From a virus: 24,638 nt of DNA. The position numbers and the translations under genes are program-made. The stretch lies in UHGV virus genome UHGV-0052151; one strand, 5' to 3'. This document shows positions 17,399 through 24,638 of the stretch, in pieces (positions within the stretch are counted from its first letter, which is position 1; each line of letters opens with the position of its first letter). Under the pieces are notes generated by a model. The model ran no database searches, was not told the DNA's origin, and saw only the letters and a list, made by a program, of their open reading frames with translations.

Positions 17399-19813
17399 TT
17401 AATACAGGTTCCGCCACTTATCATCTTCCTGCAAACGCTGGTTCCGATAGAAAATACGCAGGCCTGCTCCTGACGGAATGCTGCCGCCGCGAAGGAGTAA
17501 ATCGACCTCTTTCTCGCTGCCATCAAATCCTCTGGACTTCAGTTCATAGACGAGCTGCTGTCGCTGATGATCTGTAATTCGCTGTTTGTAGTCTCTACGC
17601 CGTTTCGGTTTCACCAGGCGTAACCTTGCAGCCAGTTCCCGACGCTCTTTTTTGTTCATACTGTGCAGGTAATCGTGCAATTCCTTGTCATCCATGCGGG
17701 TGATATCCGTTCTGGTATCCCCATCAGCTGATTTGTCTTTCCCTTGTTGGTACAAATTTTCAGCAAGGGGACAGTTATTGCCACGAGTCCAAGGGGCGCA
17801 AGCGCCATGGTCGGCTGCCGCCTCCTGAACGTCAACGGCCTTACGAACCATTTTCCACTTCACGGCATGAGTGCAGATCTTGCCCTCTGCAATAGGTGAC
17901 CAGATGCCATAAATACGAATGCCGTGATCGCCATAGGCGGTCGGCTCTTCGTTGATTTCATAAGCAGTTCTGATGAGGTGATATTTACGGGGAACCAGTA
18001 CGCCGCCCTGCTTCATGATGTAGGTGGCAAAACAACCAGCATCAGCAGCAGCCAGGATTGCATCAAGCCGCGGGTTATCCAGTACCGGCGCACCTGCTTT
18101 TTTGTCACCCTGTTGCCTTGCCGCCTGACCAGCCAGCAATCGCAGTTCACGGTAAGCCTGACGCCCCGGAATGCCAAAGAAGCGGAATTGCTGAACACGA
18201 TGCAGAGACGCCCAGGCATTCACGTATTCAGCGTTATCACGCAGGGATTTACCCGTTTCCTTGCTGATCTCGCCAGCCAGACCACGCCCGTCAATGTTCT
18301 TACTGATATATTTCGCGATGTAGCTTGTCGGCGTTCCTTTGCGCGGGTTAATCAACTCAGACTTAAAGCGTGGTCCCGTGTTATTCCCCAGCTCCTCGCG
18401 GTCTTCACGAATGGCAAACTTACGCAACAAAGCAGTAATGGCGCGGCGATCTTTTTTGCGCATAAAACACAACAGGTGCCAGTGAACTGTACCGTCATGA
18501 TGCGGCTCAGCCACCCGCACGCCATACCAGCGCAATCCGGCTTTGTGCATCGCCTTACGAAATGCAGCAAACATGCCAACCAGATAATCACTGCTTTGTC
18601 TTACCGTCGCATTTGTCCAGGTCGGGTTGGGCCTGCCGTTATTTAGCGTGGAATGGAAACGTGACGGACAGGTGATGGTGTAGAAAACGGCGCAGTCACC
18701 GCGCATTTCCGCGATAAGCTCCAGGCCTTTAACACAGGCCATCATCTCATTGCGGCGATGCGCAGGGTTGCTGCTGCTGGCGTTTACCACATCCTCCATG
18801 TCCAGCGTGTCGCCGTCTTCGTTCACCAGTTCATGAGAACGGAAAAACTCCAGCGACTTACGGCGCTGCTCACGTTTATGCATCACGGCTTCATAGCTGA
18901 CATAGGGAGATGCTTTTTTGCTGACCAGACAGACAGCACGCAACTGCTCTTCCCGCCATTCGCAACGCATCTTCCATAATTTCCGATACCACCAGTCGGC
19001 GCACAGCATACGCGCCAGCGAACCCGGAATGAGTTCATAGGGCACAGGTTTGCGGCGGTTTCTTTTCCGGCGGAGTTGCTCAAACGCAGGCGGTATGACA
19101 TCCAGTCGCAGGGTTTCTGCTGCCACCTTTTCCCATGTCTTGCGGATTTCTTCCGGCTTAACATCATCGGAGGCGTACAAATCACCACAAGCGGCATCAA
19201 GGCACATACTCATATGCGCAGCTACCAGGGTGGACAGGCGTTTCACCTGATCCTGACTCATTTCAGGCAGGATCAGCAGGCCGTCCAGCCCTTCATGGCT
19301 TGCCATAAAGCGAAAAGACGCAGATAGCTGACTGTCGCGTACATGCTCCAGTCGTTCCAGACATGGCTTAATCGTCTCACGCAAATAGCGGGAATAAGCC
19401 TTTGGCCTGCTCAGGCTGCTGAAGTATTCAATACGTTGCATCAGCGGCTTGCTGATATGGGAAGGCTGGGCGTTGACGTCCGCCAGAATGACCATATCCG
19501 GATTAAAACGCTGCTGCTCATGCGCCAGCTTTGCCCGACTAATGAGCTTATCCTGTTCCATTTCGCGCTGGACAGGATCACGGGATTCATTAAAGAAATA
19601 ACGCTCCCAGACCTGATCACTCAGCGCCTCACGGCGCAGCTGTTCCTGCTCGTTATCGGCAGCGTACAGAGTGATCAGGTTTGAAAGCGCAGAAACCGGC
19701 GCAACTTCCGCCGGGTCCAGATAAGGGTTAATGGCCTTTTTCGGGCTGTTCCATGAGAATGCTGCGGCGACCTCGTTAAAGCCGCTGCAGTTGTTCATAT
19801 CAGCATGGCTCAT
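17399..19813 (-). CDS. A: Rolling-circle replication initiator (P2 gpA-like)
   Basis: 804 aa; HUH motif (VHWHLL) and paired active-site tyrosines (YIAKYISK); ATG at 19813 overlaps the dam stop (ATGA). Confidence 0.9.
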   Translation of the reverse strand: MSHADMNNCSGFNEVAAAFSWNSPKKAINPYLDPAEVAPVSALSNLITLYAADNEQEQLRREALSDQVWERYFFNESRDPVQREMEQDKLISRAKLAHEQQRFNPDMVILADVNAQPSHISKPLMQRIEYFSSLSRPKAYSRYLRETIKPCLERLEHVRDSQLSASFRFMASHEGLDGLLILPEMSQDQVKRLSTLVAAHMSMCLDAACGDLYASDDVKPEEIRKTWEKVAAETLRLDVIPPAFEQLRRKRNRRKPVPYELIPGSLARMLCADWWYRKLWKMRCEWREEQLRAVCLVSKKASPYVSYEAVMHKREQRRKSLEFFRSHELVNEDGDTLDMEDVVNASSSNPAHRRNEMMACVKGLELIAEMRGDCAVFYTITCPSRFHSTLNNGRPNPTWTNATVRQSSDYLVGMFAAFRKAMHKAGLRWYGVRVAEPHHDGTVHWHLLCFMRKKDRRAITALLRKFAIREDREELGNNTGPRFKSELINPRKGTPTSYIAKYISKNIDGRGLAGEISKETGKSLRDNAEYVNAWASLHRVQQFRFFGIPGRQAYRELRLLAGQAARQQGDKKAGAPVLDNPRLDAILAAADAGCFATYIMKQGGVLVPRKYHLIRTAYEINEEPTAYGDHGIRIYGIWSPIAEGKICTHAVKWKMVRKAVDVQEAAADHGACAPWTRGNNCPLAENLYQQGKDKSADGDTRTDITRMDDKELHDYLHSMNKKERRELAARLRLVKPKRRRDYKQRITDHQRQQLVYELKSRGFDGSEKEVDLLLRGGSIPSGAGLRIFYRNQRLQEDDKWRNLY

Positions 19814-20667
19814 GCACGCACTCCGTACACGGCAGAACTATCCACGCCACGCGAAGGATCAAATCCCACCCAGCAGCGCGGCCCGGAAACAGCGATGATT
19901 TCTGTTGCAGATTTACTCTCACCAGCTGCCACACCGATGCTGCGTTTTGCCTTGATGTAGTGGTGAGTAAAATTGCGATATAGCGAACGGATCAGGGATG
20001 TGTCACTGTTAGAAACAATGACCGGATGTCCTTCTGATGACCGATGTTCAAGAACGGATGCCAGGTGATACTGGTCATCTTCAGTGAAACCATCAGTGTG
20101 ATAGCCGGAAAACGTACCGTCATACGGCGGATCGCAATACACCACATCCCCCACCTGCAGCATCGCCAGCGTTTCATCAAAGCTTGCGCAGATAAACGTT
20201 GCCCGCTGGGCTTTCTCTGCAAATGCGCGAATTTCTTTTTCAGGGAAATACGGATTTTTATAATTACCGTACGGAATGTTGAAATGCCCGCTCTTGTTAT
20301 AGCGACATAAACCACGGTAACCGTGACGATTGAGATACAGGAAATATACCGCTTTCATGAAATCAGTAATTTCAGTTGAGTAATTAAACTCCTGCCTTAT
20401 GTTGTAATAAGCCACCTCCCTGTTTGCTTCCTTAAATAAAACTCTGGCGCGAGATATAAACGATTCACAATCAGCGGCAACCTTTTTATAGAGGTTGATT
20501 AAATCAGGATTAATATCCGCAACCAGATAGCTTGGATAATCCGTCGCCATCATCACAGCACAGGAACCTGCGAAAGGTTCAACCAGTCGCGGGCCAGCAG
20601 GAAGGTGTTTTTTCAGTTCGGACATAATTGCGGTTTTATTTCCCGCCCATTTCAGGATGGTGCTCAT
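19810..20667 (-). CDS. dam: DNA adenine methyltransferase (Dam family, orphan)
   Basis: Track ORF to 20727; ATG at 20667 ([11 protein letters not shown]...) preferred; motif [10 protein letters not shown] and motif IV DPPY (VYCDPPYDG); no adjacent restriction gene. Confidence 0.85.
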   Translation of the reverse strand: MSTILKWAGNKTAIMSELKKHLPAGPRLVEPFAGSCAVMMATDYPSYLVADINPDLINLYKKVAADCESFISRARVLFKEANREVAYYNIRQEFNYSTEITDFMKAVYFLYLNRHGYRGLCRYNKSGHFNIPYGNYKNPYFPEKEIRAFAEKAQRATFICASFDETLAMLQVGDVVYCDPPYDGTFSGYHTDGFTEDDQYHLASVLEHRSSEGHPVIVSNSDTSLIRSLYRNFTHHYIKAKRSIGVAAGESKSATEIIAVSGPRCWVGFDPSRGVDSSAVYGVRA

Positions 20668-20891
20668 ACAGCACCTCCGTTGTAATGTTTGCCTTTCAGC
20701 TCTGCGATTTCCTGACAGGTAATGCAAAGCTGCACACCTGGAATGGCGCGGCGGCGTGCTGGCGGAATTGGCGCTTCACACTCAATGCAAAGCACGCGGG
20801 ACACGCCCGGCGTTTTGGCACGGGCAGCACGGATATGGCGCTGGCGTTCTTCTTCAACGCGCTGCTGTACGAGATCCATTGCATCAGCCAT
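20664..20891 (-). CDS. TraR/DksA-family C4 zinc-finger protein
   Basis: 75 aa with CIEC-x17-CITC spacing (CxxC-x17-CxxC) typical of phage TraR-like proteins. Confidence 0.65.
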   Translation of the reverse strand: MADAMDLVQQRVEEERQRHIRAARAKTPGVSRVLCIECEAPIPPARRRAIPGVQLCITCQEIAELKGKHYNGGAV

Positions 20892-21124
20892 TAGTGGATC
20901 TCCTGCGCTTCGTTCTGGATTGCTTCAGCAGTTACACGCAGTAGTTCTGCTGCTTCGACGTGGTTTAGCTGGCGGGATGTGATATGACACGCCAGGCTAT
21001 CAAGGCGAGCTGCCATTGCTTCAGCCCTTGCCCGGCGTTCTTCCAGACGAGCCTCTGTCAGTAAAATATTAAGCCCTGCATCATCCGGTCTGGTTTTAGT
21101 CGTGAGGGTTTCAATATTACGCAT
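20891..21124 (-). CDS. Hypothetical early protein
   Basis: ATG at 21124 with AGGAG upstream; 77 aa; coupled to the downstream zinc-finger gene. Confidence 0.45.
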   Translation of the reverse strand: MRNIETLTTKTRPDDAGLNILLTEARLEERRARAEAMAARLDSLACHITSRQLNHVEAAELLRVTAEAIQNEAQEIH

Positions 21125-21191
21125 AATCAATTCTCCTGAATTTAGATAAAGGGATACCCGGCGGGTTTACGCCATTAATTTCATTAGTTGG

Positions 21192-21533
21192 TTAATTCGG
21201 CATGGTTAGCCGTCTGGGAAATAAGCTCACCACTGCACGAAAATGATTCATTGCTTTAATCAACTCCCGCTTTTCGTCAGTGGTCAGCTCATTAATGCTG
21301 ATGCTATGACGTTCAGCTGGAATTTTTGCCATAAAGAATATAGCAGCCAGTGCCCGTTTATTTTGTTCGTTATTGATATCCCGTGGATCACGCATATCTT
21401 TAATAAACCGCTCAAGCTCTGACTCAATATTCAGGCCAAAAACTTTCGCCCTTAGCTCCGCAATGTGATTAAGTCCATTCAGGCGTTCACCGGGGCTTAA
21501 TGGAACAGTCGCCGCAGCGCCTTCAATAGCCAT
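21192..21533 (-). CDS. Hypothetical early protein
   Basis: 113-aa ORF, ATG at 21533 with G-rich RBS; position of 186 early genes between cII and A. Confidence 0.45.
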   Translation of the reverse strand: MAIEGAAATVPLSPGERLNGLNHIAELRAKVFGLNIESELERFIKDMRDPRDINNEQNKRALAAIFFMAKIPAERHSISINELTTDEKRELIKAMNHFRAVVSLFPRRLTMPN

Positions 21534-21697
21534 TTGTTCCCCCGTTTTTTCGTAGATAGTTCTGCCAGCAATTCATCTTGTGAACGGCACGGATGCCAGC
21601 GTTTACCATCCTCCCCCATGATCCAGCCGTGACCGTAGTGCATTGCCGGGCTTTGTTTTACCAGCAGCGATGCAAATGATGGTTCTTTCGTCAGCAT
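21497..21697 (-). CDS. Hypothetical early protein (position of 186 fil)
   Basis: Track ORF 21497-21727; ATG at 21697 with GAGGTG upstream, 7 nt after the cII stop. Confidence 0.4.
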   Translation of the reverse strand: MLTKEPSFASLLVKQSPAMHYGHGWIMGEDGKRWHPCRSQDELLAELSTKKRGNKWLLKALRRLFH

Positions 21698-21704
21698 AAG
21701 CACC

Positions 21705-22214
21705 TCACAGCAAACCGAATGACGCACCGAGGCCAGTTACAGTATCAACTGCACTTGCCATCGCAGGATTAGCCTGTAAACGGGCCTGCAATGAAACAGC
21801 CGCCAGCGCCATCAGTCGTGTTACAGAGTTAATGCTGCTGATGGCATCACGACGACCGGCACAGGTTTTTACATCGCCAGATACCGCACCTGCAGCAACA
21901 CGCCCGATCTCTGCGGTTGCACTCATGACGTAATGTGGCAGTTTCTCTTTTGCCACCTCATTAATCGGTACACATGGCAGACAATGAATCTGTGCCAGAA
22001 AACCATCTACCAGCGTTGAATCTTCAGTCAGATCGGTAAGCAGCCAGATTTCTGGTGCGGTTAATAAATGAGGCTGAGCTGGGTTCAGCTTGTTCCGCAG
22101 AATCTGCACATTCATGCCTGCACGTTCTGCCAGTTGCACCAGATTGTGGCGCAGTGCAAATGCACGACAGGCTTCATCAAAATGTGGATGTTTGGAAACT
22201 TGGTAATCAAACAT
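21705..22214 (-). CDS. cII: CII-like lysogeny-establishment regulator (186 type)
   Basis: From ATG at 22214 the product starts [24 protein letters not shown] and ends SFGLL, closely resembling 186 CII as I recall it; 169 aa. Confidence 0.8.
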   Translation of the reverse strand: MFDYQVSKHPHFDEACRAFALRHNLVQLAERAGMNVQILRNKLNPAQPHLLTAPEIWLLTDLTEDSTLVDGFLAQIHCLPCVPINEVAKEKLPHYVMSATAEIGRVAAGAVSGDVKTCAGRRDAISSINSVTRLMALAAVSLQARLQANPAMASAVDTVTGLGASFGLL

Positions 22215-22246
22215 GGTCAATGCCTCTGATGTATTTCAGAATCGAA

Positions 22247-22468
22247 CTAATTAAGGTTTAGATTGCATTCTGAAAGCGCATCAACGGTCATGGCTGCTAT
22301 GTTGATCATCACTTTTTCGCGTTTTTTATCTTTGCGCAAACGGTGACGGATAAGGCGTCCATCAGCCAACATGTCATTGATGGTATCGATGGACAGTCCT
22401 GTCAGCTCGCTATAGCGTTCAATAGTCACATGAGGCGTGGTAAGAGTGATTGAAATGTTAGGTCTCAT
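22247..22468 (-). CDS. apl: Apl-like excisionase/repressor of the lysogenic promoter
   Basis: 73 aa, first gene of the minus-strand early operon, divergent from cI, upstream of cII (186 apl position). Confidence 0.6.
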   Translation of the reverse strand: MRPNISITLTTPHVTIERYSELTGLSIDTINDMLADGRLIRHRLRKDKKREKVMINIAAMTVDALSECNLNLN

Positions 22469-22593
22469 GATGCAACATTCCTCGTTTAATGATGATTAAT
22501 CAGGACGAATACGGATCGTTTGTATTTTGTGAACACCATAAACATACGATCGCACGATGAAATCGTCAAGATAAAAGTTCACTTGGAGTGACC
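22469..22593. promoter_or_regulatory. Lysis-lysogeny switch region (face-to-face pR/pL, CI operators expected)
   Basis: 125-bp region between divergent apl and cI; direct repeats ATACGGATCG (22509-22518) and ATACGATCG (22544-22552), each with a GATC, and inverted repeat ACGAT-GAA-ATCGT (22554-22566). Confidence 0.4.
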
Positions 22594-23163
22594 ATGAATT
22601 TGGAGAAAGGCGGACGAGGCGCTATAGAGCGCATGGTAGAAGCTTATGGATTCAAAACTCGACAGGCGTTGTGCGATCATTTAGGAATCTCTAAAAGTAC
22701 ACTCGCTACACGCTACATGCGTGACTCATTCCCAGCAGAATGGGTAATCCAGTGCGCCCTTGAAACGGGCACCTCGCTTAATTGGCTCACAACTGGACAT
22801 GGTTCAAAGCAAACTTCAGGTAATACAAATACGATGGAAGTTGCTAAATATGTATTATCTGATGGTGCCTTGCGTGAAGACGGTTTTTATATTTTTGATA
22901 AGGGATTTCTACCCTCTACGTTTAAAAAACCTTTTGTCATCACAGATAACAATTCTGAATTTATTTGTGATAAAGAATTTGATGATATACGTGATGGTAA
23001 ATGGGTAATAAGTATTGATGGCGAAATAACAATCCGCGACATTACTCGTTTACCCGGTGGAAGAATCTTCGTTGAAGGTGGAAACAGAGCCTTCGAGTGC
23101 AAGATAGAAGATGTTGAAATAATTGGAAAAATTATAAGTTTAACAATTAAGTACGTTAGGTAA
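22594..23163 (+). CDS. cI: CI immunity repressor (186 type)
   Basis: ATG at 22594 with GGAG upstream; 189 aa; segments VEAYGF, CALETGTSLNWLTTGHG and ITIRDITRLPGGRIFVEGG resemble 186 CI as I recall it. Confidence 0.85.
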   Translation: MNLEKGGRGAIERMVEAYGFKTRQALCDHLGISKSTLATRYMRDSFPAEWVIQCALETGTSLNWLTTGHGSKQTSGNTNTMEVAKYVLSDGALREDGFYIFDKGFLPSTFKKPFVITDNNSEFICDKEFDDIRDGKWVISIDGEITIRDITRLPGGRIFVEGGNRAFECKIEDVEIIGKIISLTIKYVR

Positions 23164-23178
23164 TACCGGGAGGAAACT

Positions 23179-23370
23179 ATGCTTGGTAAGGTATTTTTTG
23201 TGGTTTTATCATGCTCTTTGTTATTAAACCCACTAACTACCTATGCTAAAAATTATCCTTGTTCTGGGAAAAAGGGAGGTGTCTCTCACTGTACCTCCGA
23301 TGGAAAGTTCGTTTGCAATGATGGAACTATTAGTAAATCAAAAAAAATCTGTACTAAAAACTCGCGATAA
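23179..23370 (+). CDS. Small secreted cysteine-rich, lysine-rich protein (moron)
   Basis: 63 aa; GGGAGG RBS; hydrophobic signal-like N-terminus [23 protein letters not shown], then 5 Cys in about 40 residues; AT-rich codons; between cI and int on the lysogenic transcript. Confidence 0.5.
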   Translation: MLGKVFFVVLSCSLLLNPLTTYAKNYPCSGKKGGVSHCTSDGKFVCNDGTISKSKKICTKNSR

Positions 23371-23556
23371 TTTTTGCTTTTATATCTGCGCCTAATATAA
23401 CAATGAGCCGCAGGCTAACCGCAAAAGTCACATACTCACATAGCAAAAAATAGCCAACTTCATTATGGCTTCAGTGAGATGTATGGTCGCAAGATTTCAT
23501 ACATTGACACTGGTTATACATACAGTAAAAATGCTCTCTATTGGAGGGCATTTTTT

Positions 23557-24588
23557 ATGGCAGTACGAAAACTCACCACAGGAAAATGGCTTTGCGAATG
23601 TTACCCCGCCGGACGTAGTGGGCGTCGTGTGCGTAAACAATTCGCCACCAAAGGCGAAGCACTGGCTTTTGAGCGTCACACGATGGAAGAAACCGAAGCA
23701 AAGCCCTGGCTGGGCGAATCAGTAGATCGTCGAACCCTGAAAGACGTGGTTGAGCTATGGTTCAAACTACATGGTAAATCTCTGACTGCTGGGCAGCATG
23801 TCTATGACAAATTGCTGCTGATGGTTGACGCTCTGGGCAATCCCCTTGCAACCGATCTCACATCTAAAATGTTTGCCCATTATCGAGATAAACGACTGAC
23901 AGGTGAGATCTACTTCAGCGAGAAATGGAAGAAAGGGGCCAGCCCGGTCACCATTAACCTGGAGCAAAGCTATCTAAGTAGTGTTTTTAGCGAACTATCC
24001 CGCCTGGGCGAATGGTCGTATCCAAACCCACTGGAGAACATGCGAAAATTCACCATCGCAGAAAAAGAGATGGCATGGCTTACCCATGAGCAGATTGTTG
24101 AACTGCTGGATGATTGCAAACGTCAGGACCCAATTCTGGCACTGGTAGTCAAGATATGCTTAAGCACAGGCGCACGCTGGCGAGAAGCAATAAACCTTAC
24201 CCGATCACAGGTGACCAAATACCGAATTACCTTTGTAAGAACGAAGGGGAAGAAAAACAGAAGCATCCCTATCAGTAAAGAGCTTTATGAAGAGATCATG
24301 GCGCTTGATGGGTTCAATTTCTTCACAGACTGCTATTTTCAATTTTTATCCGTGATGGAAAAAACGTCTATCGTGCTCCCTCGCGGTCAACTTACACACG
24401 TTCTGCGTCATACGTTTGCGGCGCATTTCATGATGTCGGGTGGAAACATCCTTGCTTTGCAAAAAATCCTCGGACATCACGACATAAAAATGACTATGCG
24501 TTATGCTCATCTATCACCTGATCACTTAGAGACAGCTCTTCGTTTCAATCCACTAGCAACTTTGGATGTTACTAAATCAGATTCTTAA
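23557..24588 (+). CDS. int: Tyrosine integrase
   Basis: Track ORF from 23479; ATG at 23557 with GGAGGG RBS gives MAVRKLTTGKWLCECYPAG...; C-terminal HVLRHTFAAHF (HxxR) and MRYAHLS (catalytic Tyr) motifs; 343 aa. Confidence 0.9.
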   Translation: MAVRKLTTGKWLCECYPAGRSGRRVRKQFATKGEALAFERHTMEETEAKPWLGESVDRRTLKDVVELWFKLHGKSLTAGQHVYDKLLLMVDALGNPLATDLTSKMFAHYRDKRLTGEIYFSEKWKKGASPVTINLEQSYLSSVFSELSRLGEWSYPNPLENMRKFTIAEKEMAWLTHEQIVELLDDCKRQDPILALVVKICLSTGARWREAINLTRSQVTKYRITFVRTKGKKNRSIPISKELYEEIMALDGFNFFTDCYFQFLSVMEKTSIVLPRGQLTHVLRHTFAAHFMMSGGNILALQKILGHHDIKMTMRYAHLSPDHLETALRFNPLATLDVTKSDS

Positions 24589-24638
24589 AGGTTCAAGCAT
24601 GGTTAAGTTTTTGTTTCAATTCCCAATATTCGACTTCT

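Noticed and set aside
19992-20315. 107-aa minus-strand ORF inside dam in another frame
   Set aside because: Entirely nested within the well-supported methyltransferase reading frame; no RBS.
24589-24638. Prophage attachment site / host junction downstream of int
   Set aside because: Only 50 bp remain after the int stop; no tRNA or repeat can be recognised within the window, so the att core cannot be called.

Overview
The window is most of one integrated P2/186-family temperate prophage (myovirus type) from an enterobacterial host. On the minus strand, from the left, lie the tail fibre H (5' part, runs off the window start), baseplate genes I-J-W-V, tail completion R/S, the lysis cassette (spanins lysC/lysB, lysA, endolysin K, holin Y), X, head completion L, small terminase M, capsid N and scaffold O. 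P (large terminase) and Q (portal) diverge on the plus strand. To the right are the replication initiator A preceded by a coupled Dam methylase, small early genes, and a 186-type switch (cII, apl on minus; cI, a small secreted peptide and int on plus). Between Q and A, where P2 carries cos and old/tin, the sequence becomes visibly AT-rich and encodes four minus-strand genes I cannot assign to any family: a tightly coupled three-gene operon (12229-14447) and a 525-aa gene (14948-16525). They flank a short GC-rich island containing a cos-like motif. This is the candidate undescribed system, most plausibly anti-phage defence cargo. Next to it is a LexA-box-controlled SOS operon (small Tum-like ORF plus DinI-like protein). 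All calls rest on reading the supplied ORF translations, start/stop context and recalled family motifs; no database search or computation was run.
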